IMG/VR virus record: IMGVR_UViG_3300032287_001570
Span: 1 to 27,854 of that record
Length of the DNA stretch: 27,854 nucleotides
Origin: a virus
Taxonomy: Duplodnaviria; Caudoviricetes
Reading direction: 5' to 3' (one strand)
The notes under the pieces are model-generated. The model saw only the letters and a list, made by a program, of their open reading frames with translations, had not been told where the DNA came from and made no database searches. A program made the translations under genes and the position numbers. The first letter of the stretch is position 1; every line of letters begins with the position of its first letter. Below, piece after piece: positions 26,277 through 27,854 of this stretch.

Positions 26277-26644
26277 TGGGAACTAAAAGTAATTGGGATA
26301 TAGATTTAAGATACGGACAAATAGGTGAGAAGTATGTTGAAAACCTATTAACAAATGTAGAAACTGTTGAAGTTAAAAGAGATAAACGTTGGATAGAAAC
26401 AGGTAACATCTACATAGAAACACAATGCTGGTCTGATAAAAGAAAAATATGGTACAAGTCTGGGTTAACTACAAGTAAGGCAACACATTGGTCTTATGTT
26501 GTAGAAGATTTAGTTGTTATGGTTCCAATAGAACATCTCAGAAAAGTTGTTGAAAAGTATGGTAGAATAATAGAGATGAAAAGAAGCGAGTATTCTACTA
26601 GAGGATATCTGATTACAATAGAAGATATATTTAAACGCAAATGA
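26276..26644 (+). CDS. Putative PD-(D/E)xK restriction-endonuclease-like protein
   Basis: DL..GQ.GE..V...TVEVKRD...TGNIYIE...SGL.TSKA..W. Confidence 0.6.
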   Translation: MGTKSNWDIDLRYGQIGEKYVENLLTNVETVEVKRDKRWIETGNIYIETQCWSDKRKIWYKSGLTTSKATHWSYVVEDLVVMVPIEHLRKVVEKYGRIIEMKRSEYSTRGYLITIEDIFKRK

Positions 26645-26778
26645 GTGAGATAGAAAACTATATAAAGAAAATAGAAGATGCTAAGATTGGTACAGAAGAA
26701 GATGAGTGGAGTAAAGGTTTTAATGGTGGACTTGAATGGGCTATCAGAATACTAAAGAAAGATAAAGCAGCATACTAA
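26641..26778 (+). CDS. Hypothetical 45-aa protein
   Basis: MSEIENYIKKIEDAK...GFNGGLEWAIRILKKDKAAY; ATGA overlap; ends just before the terminator. Confidence 0.55.
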   Translation: MSEIENYIKKIEDAKIGTEEDEWSKGFNGGLEWAIRILKKDKAAY

Positions 26779-26780
26779 AC

Positions 26781-26820
26781 AAAAAAAGGACCGAGCAGAT
26801 GGGGCTGCTCGGTCCTTTTC
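26781..26820. terminator. Bidirectional intrinsic terminator
   Basis: A7-GGACCGAGCAG-ATGGGG-CTGCTCGGTCC-T4 between convergent genes. Confidence 0.9.
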
Positions 26821-26827
26821 CTATTCC

Positions 26828-27124
26828 TTATTCAGTTGTGTGTTTGGCTACCTTACCGCAGTGATACCACGGTTGCCAGCCACGTTCAGCATATAACATA
26901 ACAGCACGTCTGTGCTGCTCTGCTCTAGTTGCCGTAGCAGGGTCTCCTGTCCCACCAACTGATTTCCAGGTAGGTAAATCAAATTGGTAAAGACCCCTAT
27001 ATTTTCCTGTTCTTGATACAGCATTGGTTCTATTACTTGACTCGCACATCCTCAACGCTGCCCATTGTTCAGCCGTTGGACTTGGATGCTTGAGAGCCAA
27101 AGCAAATATTGCCTCAACTAGCAT
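26828..27124 (-). CDS. Resuscitation-promoting-factor (Rpf)-like transglycosylase
   Basis: WAALRMCES...GKYRGLYQFDLPTWKSVGG...A.A.RAEQ...A..LY..RGWQPW..C matches the Rpf catalytic domain; short hydrophobic N-terminus. Confidence 0.88.
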   Translation of the reverse strand: MLVEAIFALALKHPSPTAEQWAALRMCESSNRTNAVSRTGKYRGLYQFDLPTWKSVGGTGDPATATRAEQHRRAVMLYAERGWQPWYHCGKVAKHTTE

Positions 27125-27145
27125 TCATCTCCAGTGATAGTAGGG

Positions 27146-27340
27146 TTACTTATTGTCCTCACTGTTCAATGTGACTTTAAATAAAGTCCATATAGTTAGT
27201 GCACCTAGGCAACATATACCAACTACGTTCCTTGTGTCCCCAGGTGGTAGGACAATCCATGCTATCAAAAGACCTGTTAATGTAAAGGCTTCCCCAGCCC
27301 ATGCATCCAGGTGTTTCCATATAAACTTGGCGATTCTCAT
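27146..27340 (-). CDS. Small two-TM membrane protein
   Basis: Two hydrophobic segments (AFTLTGLLIAWIVL; VVGICCLGALTIWTLF). Confidence 0.7.
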   Translation of the reverse strand: MRIAKFIWKHLDAWAGEAFTLTGLLIAWIVLPPGDTRNVVGICCLGALTIWTLFKVTLNSEDNK

Positions 27341-27854
27341 TACTTTATTCTCCTTGGACTGGCTAATTGTGTTACGATTACAGCACCGAGTACTACCTGT
27401 TGGGCTTGCTGTCTTTCTTCAGGTGTAAACTCGGTACCAAGATTGGTTGCAAATTCTGCAGCAGCAGCAATTTGTTCACCTACAAATTCGGTGGCAGCAA
27501 GAACTGCTTCACCACCAGGAATGGATTCAAATGCAGCAGTTATGGTTTCAGATATTTGTTGGAATGTTTCTTGCAAACTTTCTAATGAAAGTTCTGGAAG
27601 AAATTCAAGGAGAGATTCAGTTTCGTCAGTGGATAAAGTCTCTTCCAACGAAGGTAAGTCGTTCTCCAAAGAAGAAGGGAAATCGTTAAATGACTCATCA
27701 ACAACTTCTATTAAAGTATCTTGAACATCTGGAACTGGAAGTTCAGTCGGCTGTAAAAACTCTACAGAAGGTGCAGGGTCTGGCTCGTCTGGCTCTTGAG
27801 TTGGACCAACTGGAACCTCTGGATTTTCTGTTGGCTGAGGAGTATCAGTCGGTG
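27340..27854 (-). CDS. Acidic Pro/Glu-rich protein, C-terminal part (5' end outside the window)
   Basis: The frame is open to the window edge (PTDTPQPTENPEVPVGPTQEPDEPDPAP...); it ends ...TPEERQQAQQVVLGAVIVTQLASPRRIK (hydrophobic stretch plus basic tail). Confidence 0.7.
   Translation of the reverse strand, partial: PTDTPQPTENPEVPVGPTQEPDEPDPAPSVEFLQPTELPVPDVQDTLIEVVDESFNDFPSSLENDLPSLEETLSTDETESLLEFLPELSLESLQETFQQISETITAAFESIPGGEAVLAATEFVGEQIAAAAEFATNLGTEFTPEERQQAQQVVLGAVIVTQLASPRRIK

Noticed and set aside
1-27854. tRNA genes, integrase/att site, WhiB
   Set aside because: None recognisable in this window by eye.

Overview
This is a 27.9-kb piece of a low-GC tailed dsDNA phage genome, probably podovirus-like. 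An actinobacterial host is inferred from an Rpf-type transglycosylase, a Gp88-like protein, a DUF932 protein and a split primase. Two arms diverge from a non-coding hub at about 14.1-15.05 kb. The leftward (- strand) arm carries a terminase with an N-terminal HTH, the portal, probable internal virion/ejection proteins (one with a lytic transglycosylase domain), scaffold and an N4-gp56-type major capsid protein that runs off the window. The rightward (+ strand) arm carries many small early genes, DUF932, Gp88-like, a split Cas4/RecB-like nuclease, DnaB-like helicase, SSB, Holliday junction resolvase, split primase, DUF1599, a sigma factor and a PD-(D/E)xK protein. It ends at a bidirectional terminator that faces an Rpf-like gene. 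The most striking feature is a ~1.07-kb imperfect fold-back (about 14415-15480, apex ~14932). Its left arm is a non-coding, indel-riddled antisense copy of the whole first early gene (a putative OB-fold/SSB-like protein), including that gene's RBS and downstream hairpin. Either strand could therefore fold into one long bulged rod, which sits where strand composition skew switches. All product calls come from motif recognition by eye; no database searches were run.
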